Assembly: GCF_000146505.1 (NCBI RefSeq)
Contig: NC_017448.1
Location: 90,001-122,000, forward strand
Source: Fibrobacter succinogenes subsp. succinogenes S85
Lineage (GTDB): Bacteria > Fibrobacterota > Fibrobacteria > Fibrobacterales > Fibrobacteraceae
Reading direction: 5' to 3'
Length of the DNA: 32,000 bases
The position numbers were made by a program, and so were the translations under genes. Positions 1 through 7,860 of this stretch are shown here, one piece after another (the first letter of the stretch is position 1; each line of letters starts with the position of its first letter). The notes beneath the pieces are model-generated. The model was not told where the DNA came from, made no database searches, and was given only the letters and a program-made list of their open reading frames with translations.

Positions 1-214
1 TCGCATTGGAATCCGCGCTGCCCGAAGCGGGCGCTTCTTGTTTTGCAGATGAAGAAGATTCTTCAGACTCGACAGATGAAGACGATTCTTCCGTAGAAGA
101 CTCTTCTTCGCCGATTTCAGGCGCAATAGAATCAAATGCAGCCGAATTGTCGTCTGCACACCCATAAAAACATGTACCCGCAATAGCGAGTGACCAAACC
201 AACAGTTTTTTCAT
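1..214 (-). CDS. Secreted or lipoprotein-like protein, N-terminal fragment (gene runs off the window start)
   Basis: Absent from the ORF track because no stop lies in the window. Reverse-strand ATG at 214..212 reads MKKLLVWSLAIAGTCFYGCADDNSAAFDSIAPEIGEEESSTEESSSSVESEESSSS..., open to position 1. It has a basic N-terminus, hydrophobic core and Cys (signal peptide or lipobox-like), then a Ser/Glu-rich low-complexity linker. Confidence 0.5.
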   Translation of the reverse strand, partial: MKKLLVWSLAIAGTCFYGCADDNSAAFDSIAPEIGEEESSTEESSSSVESEESSSSAKQEAPASGSADSNA

Positions 215-411
215 TATTATCTCATCCCTTGAAAAAACTAAACCCACACGTTCTATAATGGAATATATAGCGGTTTTCTATATAATAGACCGCTTTTATT
301 TGTTTTTTTTATTTACTGTTGTAAACGTTGAGAAGTTTTTTAGGGGGATGGGGCGAAATGGCACAAAAAAAAGGAATTTGTGACTAATTTGTGCTGTTAT
401 TTTTCTGTCAT

Positions 412-1248
412 TTATTTATGCATGAAGAAGACCGTGGCGTGGTCGCCGTAGCCTTTTTTGTTTGCTTCGGCCATTTTTTTATCGATGTCGATGATTTCGC
501 TTTTGGTGAAATACTTGAAAATTTCCTTCGGGTCCTGCTTCCAGAACGTGATGCCCTTGGTGTACAGGTAGCTCCTCAAAATGGCAGAGTTGTTGGAGTC
601 GAAAATCATCTGCACAATCTTGAAGCCGTGCTGGTTGGCGAGTAGTTTTAGGCTGTTGATGGAGTGCAAAAAGATGTGGCGCGGGGCGTCGAGCTGGTAC
701 CAGTTCTCTTTGTATTTTTCAAACGCAATATTGGGGTAGATGGGGAGTGTCATCTTGATGGTTCCGCCATTTGCCAAAAGGCGCTTGAGGATGTCCATGG
801 TCTCGTGCGGGTCGGTCATGTGTTCGAACGAATCGTTGAGCATGATGACGTCGAATTCGCCCGTCATTTCGTGGACTGTCTTCTTGAAAATTTGAACGCC
901 GTTTTCGTACGAGATATCTTTCTCGATGAACGGGTCGCAACCGATGAGGCTCTCGATGCCTGATGTTGCCGCCATGCTACAGAGCAATGCGCCTGCGCCA
1001 CAACCTACGTCAAGTACGCGTTTGTTGTACTGCGTCTTTGCGCGGGTGACGGTGTCGGCGGGCTTGTTGTAACTGTAGTAATTGGGGCCGTAGTATTCAC
1101 TCAAGTTTTCGGGAACGCTATTGATTTGCAAACACTTGCAGTGCGGGCATTCAAAATATTCAAAATGCCCTGCGTTTAAGTACATCATTTCCTTAGCAAA
1201 GTAAGATTTCGCTTCGGATGTTTCGCCACAAATTCTGCAAGTTTTCAT
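412..1248 (-). CDS. Class I SAM-dependent methyltransferase with N-terminal Zn-ribbon
   Basis: ORF 412..1308. SAM motif I is VLDVGCGAGAL. The N-terminus has CRICG...CPHCKC (CxxC...CxxC). The start is taken at internal Met MKTCRICG (ATG 1248..1246), which overlaps the upstream stop as ATGA. Confidence 0.85.
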   Translation of the reverse strand: MKTCRICGETSEAKSYFAKEMMYLNAGHFEYFECPHCKCLQINSVPENLSEYYGPNYYSYNKPADTVTRAKTQYNKRVLDVGCGAGALLCSMAATSGIESLIGCDPFIEKDISYENGVQIFKKTVHEMTGEFDVIMLNDSFEHMTDPHETMDILKRLLANGGTIKMTLPIYPNIAFEKYKENWYQLDAPRHIFLHSINSLKLLANQHGFKIVQMIFDSNNSAILRSYLYTKGITFWKQDPKEIFKYFTKSEIIDIDKKMAEANKKGYGDHATVFFMHK

Positions 1249-1766
1249 AAAAGTCCCCAAATGATAAGTCCAACGCCAATAAGGCCAAGAATGCTTATGA
1301 TGAACCAAAAATCCCGAGGGTGGTCTTCTCTTGTTCTTACTGCAGTCAAATCTCTTACGTACAGTCTTATTTGACCATCAAACAGACAGCCTAGTACAAA
1401 TACTAAAAGGCCTAGTCCACATGTAATAAAATTAAAGGGTGTGTACTGATTTGATGTATTGTCAGAGAATCCAATGCCTACAAAAATTAAGACCAAACCT
1501 CCGATTTTGAATGTAAAAGAACCAAGAGTTGTTTTATTTAGATATTTCTCGTTGAGTTTTTGGCTGTATTGCGGCATTGGCAAAATAGAATCTTTGTCGC
1601 CGGTGAGTTCTATAATGCGTTTCTCGATAATTCTGATTCGTTCTGGAGAATCGTCTGCTTGAAAGCCATGATCACGAATTTGGCTTAAAATATCGTAGAG
1701 CTCCTCGACGGGGAGCTCACGAATTTTTTTTTCGTAATCTTTGAGATATTCTTCAGAAAACGCCAT
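1245..1766 (-). CDS. Hypothetical membrane protein (soluble N-terminal ~80 aa plus about 3 TM helices)
   Basis: 173-aa ORF. Hydrophobic segments include LVLIFVGIGF, ITCGLGLLVFVLGCLF and FWFIISILGLIGVGLIIWGLL. Its stop overlaps the methyltransferase start (ATGA). No recognised family. Confidence 0.65.
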   Translation of the reverse strand: MAFSEEYLKDYEKKIRELPVEELYDILSQIRDHGFQADDSPERIRIIEKRIIELTGDKDSILPMPQYSQKLNEKYLNKTTLGSFTFKIGGLVLIFVGIGFSDNTSNQYTPFNFITCGLGLLVFVLGCLFDGQIRLYVRDLTAVRTREDHPRDFWFIISILGLIGVGLIIWGLL

Positions 1767-1785
1767 GTGCAGAATATACTAAAGA

Positions 1786-1809
1786 AATGACGTGCCGAAA
1801 CCCGTCATT
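1786..1809 (-). terminator. Candidate hairpin between the alpha-E gene and the downstream membrane-protein gene (weak terminator or attenuator)
   Basis: aatgacg (1786-1792) pairs with cgtcatt (1803-1809) around a 10-nt loop. On the minus strand it is followed only by the weak T-rich tract tctttag. Confidence 0.3.
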
Positions 1810-1839
1810 GTGATTTTATTTGAGTGTAATGGAATTTTT

Positions 1840-2769
1840 TTAGCAGAAGAAATCTTTCCAGATTTGATTGCCGAGTTCATTTAGGCGAATCTGGACTTTT
1901 TCAATTTGTTCGTGAAGCCCCTGGTCGATGATTTCTTCGATGGTCGTGAACGCGATGTCGGAACGCAGCTTGCCCAGGAGGCGGATGGATTCTGCCTTGC
2001 TTTTGACAGGGTAGGCGATGTTCTTGAGACACTGTTCCGCTTTTTCCAAGCAGTAACGCAAGGAGCGCGGAAAATCTTCGGAGAGCAGGAGAAATTCCGC
2101 GACGTTATGCGGTGTCACGTTTGAATTGCGACGGTGGAACATTTCGTATGCACCGACGCTCTTGAGAACGGCGTTCCACTGCACGGTATCGAGCGCCATG
2201 CCCACCATGCTCACATCCGGAAGCAAGATGTAATACTTGACGTCCAGAATACGCGAAGTCTGGTCGGCGCGTTCGAGCAATGTGCCGAGATGCGTGAAGT
2301 TCCAGGCGACATCGTGGTTCATCGTGCCTTGAATGATGCCTGCCGTGAGCTGGCTGAATTCCTTGACGCTATTGTAAAAAGCGTGTGGACCAGCCAATGC
2401 TTCTTTAGGCATTTCGGGGTCGTTTAGTTTCAAGTAAAACTGGTTGATGGCAATCCACAGTTCCGAAGAAATTCTTTCGCGGACGCAGCGGGCGTTTTCA
2501 CGGGCGGCCCCGACGCACGAAATGATGCTGTTCGGATTTTCCTTGTCAAACGTCAGGAACATGAGCGCGTTTTCAATGGAAACATGCGCGTATTTTTTGA
2601 AGAAGTCATCGGCATTGCCGGCAATTTGAATCACCGGTTCCCAAGGGCGTTCTTCGCCGGGCAAGTCCAGTTGCAGCTGGAGGTTCACATCGATGCTTCG
2701 CGCGACGTTTTCGGCGCGTTCGATATAGCGGGCGAGCCAATAAATGGAATTTGCGACTCTGCTTAACAT
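1840..2769 (-). CDS. Alpha-E domain protein (COG2307/DUF403 family)
   Basis: 309 aa. The N-terminus MLSRVANSIYWLARYIERAENVARSIDVNL is the typical alpha-E family opening. It lies 24 nt downstream of its ATP-grasp partner, with an AGGAAG RBS. Confidence 0.88.
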   Translation of the reverse strand: MLSRVANSIYWLARYIERAENVARSIDVNLQLQLDLPGEERPWEPVIQIAGNADDFFKKYAHVSIENALMFLTFDKENPNSIISCVGAARENARCVRERISSELWIAINQFYLKLNDPEMPKEALAGPHAFYNSVKEFSQLTAGIIQGTMNHDVAWNFTHLGTLLERADQTSRILDVKYYILLPDVSMVGMALDTVQWNAVLKSVGAYEMFHRRNSNVTPHNVAEFLLLSEDFPRSLRYCLEKAEQCLKNIAYPVKSKAESIRLLGKLRSDIAFTTIEEIIDQGLHEQIEKVQIRLNELGNQIWKDFFC

Positions 2770-2793
2770 ATTACACTTCCTACTTCTAAATTC

Positions 2794-4287
2794 CTATTGT
2801 TGTTGCTGTTGTTGTTCCATCCAAAGTTTAGCTTGTCCGAGTTCTGGAGCCTTTTCGTTTTCGGCAATGACCCATGTGTCCTTGCATCCGCCGCCCTGCG
2901 AGCTGTTCACCACGATAGAACCTTTGCGGAGTGCTACGCGAGTGAGGCCACCGGGGAGAATGTAAGTCTCTCGCCCTTGCACAATGTAGGGGCGCAAATC
3001 CACATGGCGACCTTCGAAACCGCCATCGACAAAGCAAGGCACGCGGCTGAGCGAAATCATGGGCTGCGCAATGTAGTTACGCGGGTTCGCGATAATCTTG
3101 CTCTTGAACGCCTCACATTCCTCCTTTGTCGATTTTGGACCGACGAGCATGCCGTAGCCACCGGATTCGCTGGCGGCCTTAACGACCATATTTTCGATGT
3201 GGTCCAACACATGCTGCATGTGCTTTGGGTTCTCGCATACAAATGTCGGCACATTCGGGATGATCGCCTCTTCGCCGAGATAGTACTTGATAATCTGCGG
3301 CACATAGGTGTAAATCGCCTTGTCGTCGGCAACACCGCAACCGGGCGCATTCGCAAGCGCTACGTTACCAGCCTTGTAGGCTTCAATCAGTCCAGGCACG
3401 CCGAGGCAAGAATCCGGGCGGAATACCTTCGGATCCAAGAATTCGTCATCGACACGGCGGTAAATCACGTGAACCTGCTTGAGGCCGCGCGTCGTGCGGG
3501 CATAGACCTTCTTGTCTTGCACAACAAGGTCGTCTCCGGTCACGAGGTCCACGCCCATCTGCTGTGCCAAATAGGAATGTTCGTAGTACGCCGAATTGTA
3601 GATGCCGGGTGTCAGCACCACGACCTTCGGCGATGCTGTAGAATCGGCCAAGTATTCCAACGCATGGCGCAGACGGGTGCAGTATTCGTCTACGGGTCGA
3701 ATGGAACAGTTGGAAAATACCTGCGGGAACGTACGCTTTAGAATCTGACGGTTCTGCAACACGTACGAGACACCACTCGGGCATCGCATGTTGTCTTCAA
3801 GTACGTAGAATGTGCCGTCGGTATCGCGCACAAGGTCTGTGCCTGTAATGTGCGCCCAGATTCCCTTGGGCGGCACAAAGCCTTCCATCTGCGCTCTGTA
3901 AGCGGTGCAGGTGTTGATGAGGCTTTCGGGGACGACCTTGTCACGCAAAATCTTGCGGTCGTTGTAGATGTCCGTCAAAAAGCAGTTCAGCGCTTCTGTA
4001 CGCTGTTTGAGGCCCGCTTCGAGGTGCTTCCAGTCGGCGGCGCTTACAATACGCGGGATAACGTCAAAGGGGATTATTTTGTCCTTACCGTCCTTGTTGC
4101 CGTAAACCGCGAATGTAATTCCGTTATCGTAAAACGCAGATTCCGCAATGATCTGGCGGCGTTGCAGTTCTCCTTCGGGGAGCTCGTTGATTTTCGTAAA
4201 CAACGGCTCTGCAGCCGGGCGGGGAGTCCCATCCGGTAAGCAAAGCTCATCGTAAAAGCCTTCGGTGTCGTAATTTCCAAATCGCAT
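2794..4287 (-). CDS. Circularly permuted type-2 ATP-grasp protein (COG2308, DUF404/DUF407 family) with C-terminal hexa-glutamine
   Basis: ORF 2794..4323. Family-typical N-terminus MRFGNYDTEGFYDEL is preceded by an AAGGAA RBS (ATG 4287). An alternative ATG at 4323 overlaps the upstream stop as ATGA. The protein ends ...AKLWMEQQQQQQ*. Confidence 0.85.
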   Translation of the reverse strand: MRFGNYDTEGFYDELCLPDGTPRPAAEPLFTKINELPEGELQRRQIIAESAFYDNGITFAVYGNKDGKDKIIPFDVIPRIVSAADWKHLEAGLKQRTEALNCFLTDIYNDRKILRDKVVPESLINTCTAYRAQMEGFVPPKGIWAHITGTDLVRDTDGTFYVLEDNMRCPSGVSYVLQNRQILKRTFPQVFSNCSIRPVDEYCTRLRHALEYLADSTASPKVVVLTPGIYNSAYYEHSYLAQQMGVDLVTGDDLVVQDKKVYARTTRGLKQVHVIYRRVDDEFLDPKVFRPDSCLGVPGLIEAYKAGNVALANAPGCGVADDKAIYTYVPQIIKYYLGEEAIIPNVPTFVCENPKHMQHVLDHIENMVVKAASESGGYGMLVGPKSTKEECEAFKSKIIANPRNYIAQPMISLSRVPCFVDGGFEGRHVDLRPYIVQGRETYILPGGLTRVALRKGSIVVNSSQGGGCKDTWVIAENEKAPELGQAKLWMEQQQQQQ

Positions 4288-4319
4288 GTTTTGTTTCCTT
4301 ATGCTTTTAGGTTTTCTTC

Positions 4320-5201
4320 TCATTCATCCCTAAGGTCCACGTTTACGGACACTTTCAAGGTATGCTCGCCACCTCCGGTGATGACGCCCTTTAACGGGCT
4401 CACGTCCCCGAAGTCTCTACCCCAGGCGAGTATAATGTGCTCGTTACCTCCAAGCACATTGTTGGTGGGGTCCAGTTCTACCCAGCCGTGGCCGGGAATG
4501 TAGGTGCTGACCCAGGCGTGGGTCGCGTCGGCTCCGACGAGTTTGGGTTGCCCTTCGCATGGATGCGTGCGGAGGTAACCGCTCACGTAACGGCAAGGCA
4601 AATGCAGTGAACGCAAGCAGCCTATCATCAAGTGTGCAAAGTCCTGGCAGACGCCTTTTCGTCCGCGCAAGATTTCTTGCGGCTGCGCCCCGATTCTCGT
4701 CGCTCCCGGCGTGTACTTGCAATCCGTGTAGATTCGCGTCATGAGCTCGTAGGCGGCGTCAAAAATGGGGCGGCCCTGCTCAAAGCTTTCGAGCGCGTAA
4801 TTGCGGACCGATTCGTCAAACTTGGCGAAAGGGGAGGCGTAGGCGTACATCGCGGCGTCTAGTGTTTCGTCGCTTGTCGGGCGTTCCAAAAGCTTTGCGA
4901 CATCTTCCCATTTCATCGTTTCACCTTGTTTTGGCGGTTCTTCTCCTTGAACGTCTACAATGCCGGTCGTTTTGAATCTAAAGTGTGTGTGTTCCTGCTC
5001 GATGCTGAATGCCAACACCTTGTTCCCGAAAATGTCGATGCGTTCTTGCCGAATTGTTGGATTCGGTTCCACTTCAATGCTGTGGCTAATCCAATTCTGT
5101 CGGCTGACAGTTCGCGGGAGCATGTGGGCGAGGTGGTTGCTGTAAAGAACGGGGAGGCGGTAGTCGTAGACGGTCTCATGGTCAACTTGATAAATGGGCA
5201 T
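4320..5201 (-). CDS. Transglutaminase-fold family protein (N-terminal Bact_transglu_N-like region plus transglutaminase core)
   Basis: Cys-His-Asp triad context is intact: GVCQDFAHL, ATHAWVS, ELDPTN. The start is at MPIYQVDHETVYDY (ATG 5201), with a GGAGG RBS 6 nt upstream and 1 nt after the upstream TAA. Confidence 0.88.
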   Translation of the reverse strand: MPIYQVDHETVYDYRLPVLYSNHLAHMLPRTVSRQNWISHSIEVEPNPTIRQERIDIFGNKVLAFSIEQEHTHFRFKTTGIVDVQGEEPPKQGETMKWEDVAKLLERPTSDETLDAAMYAYASPFAKFDESVRNYALESFEQGRPIFDAAYELMTRIYTDCKYTPGATRIGAQPQEILRGRKGVCQDFAHLMIGCLRSLHLPCRYVSGYLRTHPCEGQPKLVGADATHAWVSTYIPGHGWVELDPTNNVLGGNEHIILAWGRDFGDVSPLKGVITGGGEHTLKVSVNVDLRDE

Positions 5202-5202
5202 C

Positions 5203-7605
5203 TTAAACCTCCGACACATCCGTGGTTGTCGCGTGGAAAACTCCAGCGCGTGGCGCATGGCTTAAGTAGAGCCTGTTTACGATTTCTGCAATCCGTTCAA
5301 TAGAATTTATCTGTGTTTTTACAAGTTTTATGAGGTTCTCCCTTTTGTTATCTACAGTTTCTGCAAGCTGTTCAATGTTTGCGAGGCGCAGTTCTGCAAG
5401 CACGCGCATCAGTTCACGGTCGAGCGGCGAGAATGTCGCTTCGCTTTGGTCGTTCCCGGGCAAGTGCTTTGCTGCTTTCCGCAATTTTGCCACCTGGTAG
5501 GCGACGCTTCGCGGGTTGGATTCGTCTGACAAAAGCAAGTCGATGACGGGGACTACTTGCAAACGGCCTCCATAGCGGCGGTGGTATGTCATGAGCCCGT
5601 CGCCGATTTCAAGAACCGCTTGCAACAAGCGCAAGTTCGTCATCTCGTCAGTGGGGGCGGTGTATAGCAGACTTTTGACCAGTTGCAGGGTGCGGATGGC
5701 GCACTCGATTTCACGACCGAGTTCCAAAAAGCGCCATTCGTGGCCTCGCGTCATGGAATCGGCTGCAAGCCCGGCCACTGCAGCGCTGTCCGATAGGACC
5801 TCCTTTAGGTAGGGCAACAGCGCTGCCGCACCTGTTCCTGCCGGCACTTCTGCAATGCCAAATCCGTTCAAGTAAAGCCATAAATCCTCCGAAATGCGGT
5901 CGCGCAACTGCATGCCGAGCTCTCGAATTTCCGTCAGCACGCATTGTATGCCGTTCTTGTTGTCCTTGCGCAAGATAAAGTAACGGAGTGCGTTTTCTGG
6001 ATCTTGCGCGAGTCTGGACTGCGTTTCATCAGTAAGCCCTGCCTTCAGAATCCATGGCAGTTCCGGCATGTCCATCCAGGATTCGTCCGAGAGCCTCACC
6101 GCGATACCTCTTGCAATACGGGCCATCATGTTCGATGATGACAATGCTCGCCCCAGCCGGAACAGGTTCTCGGCCGCACGGCTAGGCAAATCGCCTCCAG
6201 CTCTCGACGGCGTAATCGCCTGACTTGCTGGAGCGAGCAAAGAAAAGTTCGCCACAGGATTTTCCGAAAGCACCCAAATGTCTTTTTCTCCAAGTCCTTT
6301 GTCTAAAATCCCAAGGCCGCCCGGCATCACCGAAGTCCCGTTCGCAGTATTCACCGCAAAGAATCTCATCAGCGAAACTGCCGGAGTGAACTCTCCTCGG
6401 TACGCGTAAACCACTGAAACTTCCATCGATCTTTCGGCCACCCATTGCTCGGGCGCATTCTCAACCGCTTGCAACAACGCAAGCTGTGCCGTCGTCGTCA
6501 TGGTCGCATAAGTCTTGGGTTCTGCCTCCTTGAAGCTTCCTTCGTCGCGGAATGCCTTCTTGAAAATCCATTTTTCGGGCTCTGCCAAAACGCGTTCCGC
6601 ATCAGTTGCATTCCCGAGCCAAAGTGTTTCCACATCGCGCAACAGCAGTTCTTCACCCAAAAGCTCGCGGCAAATCTCCGGCAAAAACGGCTTGAACACG
6701 GGCGTCTCTAGAACGCCAGTCCCGAGAAAGTTCGCAATCGCCACGTTCCCGGCGCGGACAGAACTGATTAAGCCCACGGCCCCTTCGCCGCTGTCAATTC
6801 GCAGTTCCAGCGGGTCGCACATGCCGTCTTCCACTCGGCGGAATATGGTCCCAATCTTCTTGAGTCCCATAAGCGTCTTCATGTACACTTGCATGTTGCG
6901 AATCGCGAGGTCATCGTTTTCGACAAGTGGGATCCCGAGGTAACGGGCGATTACTGCGTCTTCTGCTCGACGCGGATTGTCCGGACTCGATGCCAAAAGT
7001 ACCACCTTGCTGGTTTCACCTTCACCTCCTATGTTCTTGTGCATGGCGTCTAGGCCATCCATCAGCTTCTTGAAAAATCCTGCCAATCGTTCCGTTTGCA
7101 TGCTGCGGAAAAGCTCCGGGAATGCACGGCTTACGCCAATGCGGTTCTCCAGTGCACGCCCTAATCCATCGGGTACTTGCAAATGGTCCGATACCGCCAC
7201 GAAAGTTCCGTCTTTGAGCCTTACGACATCGGTGGATGTCAAGTTCACAAAGACATCGCCAACCGGGTGCACTTTCCATACAACCTGCAAAAAATCCGGG
7301 TTTGCAAACAATAGCGCGGCGGGCAACTTGCCTTTTTTCCAAAGACTTTGTTCGCCATAAATGTCTTTCGCGAGCGCGTTAAAAAGCTTTGCCCTTTGCG
7401 CAACGCCCGCTTCCAGCGTTTTCCATTCTTCGGCCGTAATCACGAGAGGGATGGGGTCTGTACCCTTGTGGTTGCCTCCCATGCTCGACGAAAGATCGTT
7501 CTCATCGAGAACGTTATGCAAACGCCTGCAGCGGTGCTCGAATTCCACTTTCGACAATGCCGAAATGGACCGGATAAAAGTATCTTCTGTCTCTACACAT
7601 TCCAT
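5203..7605 (-). CDS. Fused circularly permuted ATP-grasp plus alpha-E domain protein (800 aa)
   Basis: The N-terminal half resembles the stand-alone ATP-grasp (PIPLVITAEEWKTLEAGVAQRAKLFNALAKDIYG versus IPRIVSAADWKHLEAGLKQRTEALNCFLTDIY). The C-terminal ~320 aa starts with the alpha-E-like PSRAAENLFRLGRALSSSNMMARIARG. Confidence 0.85.
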   Translation of the reverse strand: MECVETEDTFIRSISALSKVEFEHRCRRLHNVLDENDLSSSMGGNHKGTDPIPLVITAEEWKTLEAGVAQRAKLFNALAKDIYGEQSLWKKGKLPAALLFANPDFLQVVWKVHPVGDVFVNLTSTDVVRLKDGTFVAVSDHLQVPDGLGRALENRIGVSRAFPELFRSMQTERLAGFFKKLMDGLDAMHKNIGGEGETSKVVLLASSPDNPRRAEDAVIARYLGIPLVENDDLAIRNMQVYMKTLMGLKKIGTIFRRVEDGMCDPLELRIDSGEGAVGLISSVRAGNVAIANFLGTGVLETPVFKPFLPEICRELLGEELLLRDVETLWLGNATDAERVLAEPEKWIFKKAFRDEGSFKEAEPKTYATMTTTAQLALLQAVENAPEQWVAERSMEVSVVYAYRGEFTPAVSLMRFFAVNTANGTSVMPGGLGILDKGLGEKDIWVLSENPVANFSLLAPASQAITPSRAGGDLPSRAAENLFRLGRALSSSNMMARIARGIAVRLSDESWMDMPELPWILKAGLTDETQSRLAQDPENALRYFILRKDNKNGIQCVLTEIRELGMQLRDRISEDLWLYLNGFGIAEVPAGTGAAALLPYLKEVLSDSAAVAGLAADSMTRGHEWRFLELGREIECAIRTLQLVKSLLYTAPTDEMTNLRLLQAVLEIGDGLMTYHRRYGGRLQVVPVIDLLLSDESNPRSVAYQVAKLRKAAKHLPGNDQSEATFSPLDRELMRVLAELRLANIEQLAETVDNKRENLIKLVKTQINSIERIAEIVNRLYLSHAPRAGVFHATTTDVSEV

Positions 7606-7617
7606 GCTCGTTTAGTC

Positions 7618-7632
7618 GCAAAAAATGTGCCA
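7618..7632 (-). promoter_or_regulatory. Sigma-54 (RpoN) -24/-12 promoter facing the ATP-grasp operon
   Basis: Reverse complement of 7618-7632 is TGGCACATTTTTTGC, which is TGGCAC-N5-TTGC with all 10 fixed positions matched. The TTGC ends 12 nt before the ATG at 7605. Confidence 0.75.
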
Positions 7633-7720
7633 AGGCTTATGTGGCTTAAAATCGCGTATTTTTATAATCTGTATTTTACATTTATTGAATTTTTTACAGA
7701 TTTTGTTGTATAAAGGGGCG

Positions 7721-7810
7721 GCGCATTTCACCGCATTTCACCGAATTTCACCGAATTCCCCCTAAAACCGGCGCGTTTCCCCGTTTTTTACCGCAATTTC
7801 GCATTTTGGC
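7721..7810. repeat. 10-bp-phased direct repeat array (CCGNATTTCA-like) between the two sigma-54 promoters
   Basis: Consecutive 10-mers: gcgcatttca, ccgcatttca, ccgaatttca, ccgaattccc, cctaaaaccg, gcgcgtttcc, ccgtttttta, ccgcaatttc, gcattttggc. There are four near-identical units, then degenerate units that keep the CG and T-tract phase. Confidence 0.8.
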
Positions 7811-7822
7811 ACGATTTTTGCA
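7807..7822 (+). promoter_or_regulatory. Sigma-54 (RpoN) -24/-12 promoter facing the acetolactate synthase gene
   Basis: TGGCACGATTTTTGCA matches the extended consensus TGGCACG-N4-TTGCW perfectly. It lies 39 nt upstream of the ATG at 7861. Confidence 0.8.
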
Positions 7823-7860
7823 AAACACTCCGCGGAGACATTTAAAAGACCTTTAGAATT

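Noticed and set aside
229-312. TTGAAA-19 nt-TATAAT promoter-like sequence on the + strand, followed at once by a hairpin (agcggt...accgct) and a T-run
   Set aside because: The spacer is too long for a good sigma-70 promoter. The implied transcript would be only about 45 nt with no body. The region is also where the minus-strand lipoprotein promoter is expected. It cannot be distinguished from chance AT-rich signals.
2797-3741. 314-aa + strand ORF, and other 60-130-aa ORFs on either strand, within the ATP-grasp/transglutaminase operon
   Set aside because: They overlap well-supported minus-strand genes. They have no RBS and no family signatures.
4288-4323. Longer N-terminal extensions offered by the ORF track (ATP-grasp from 4323, transglutaminase from 5258, aspS from 11824, the outer-membrane protein from 23612, methyltransferase from 1308)
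   Set aside because: The internal Met starts coincide with family-typical N-termini or signal peptides. They also have RBS-like sequences or stop/start coupling. The extensions would overlap upstream genes extensively. The 4323 alternative for the ATP-grasp remains possible because of its ATGA overlap.
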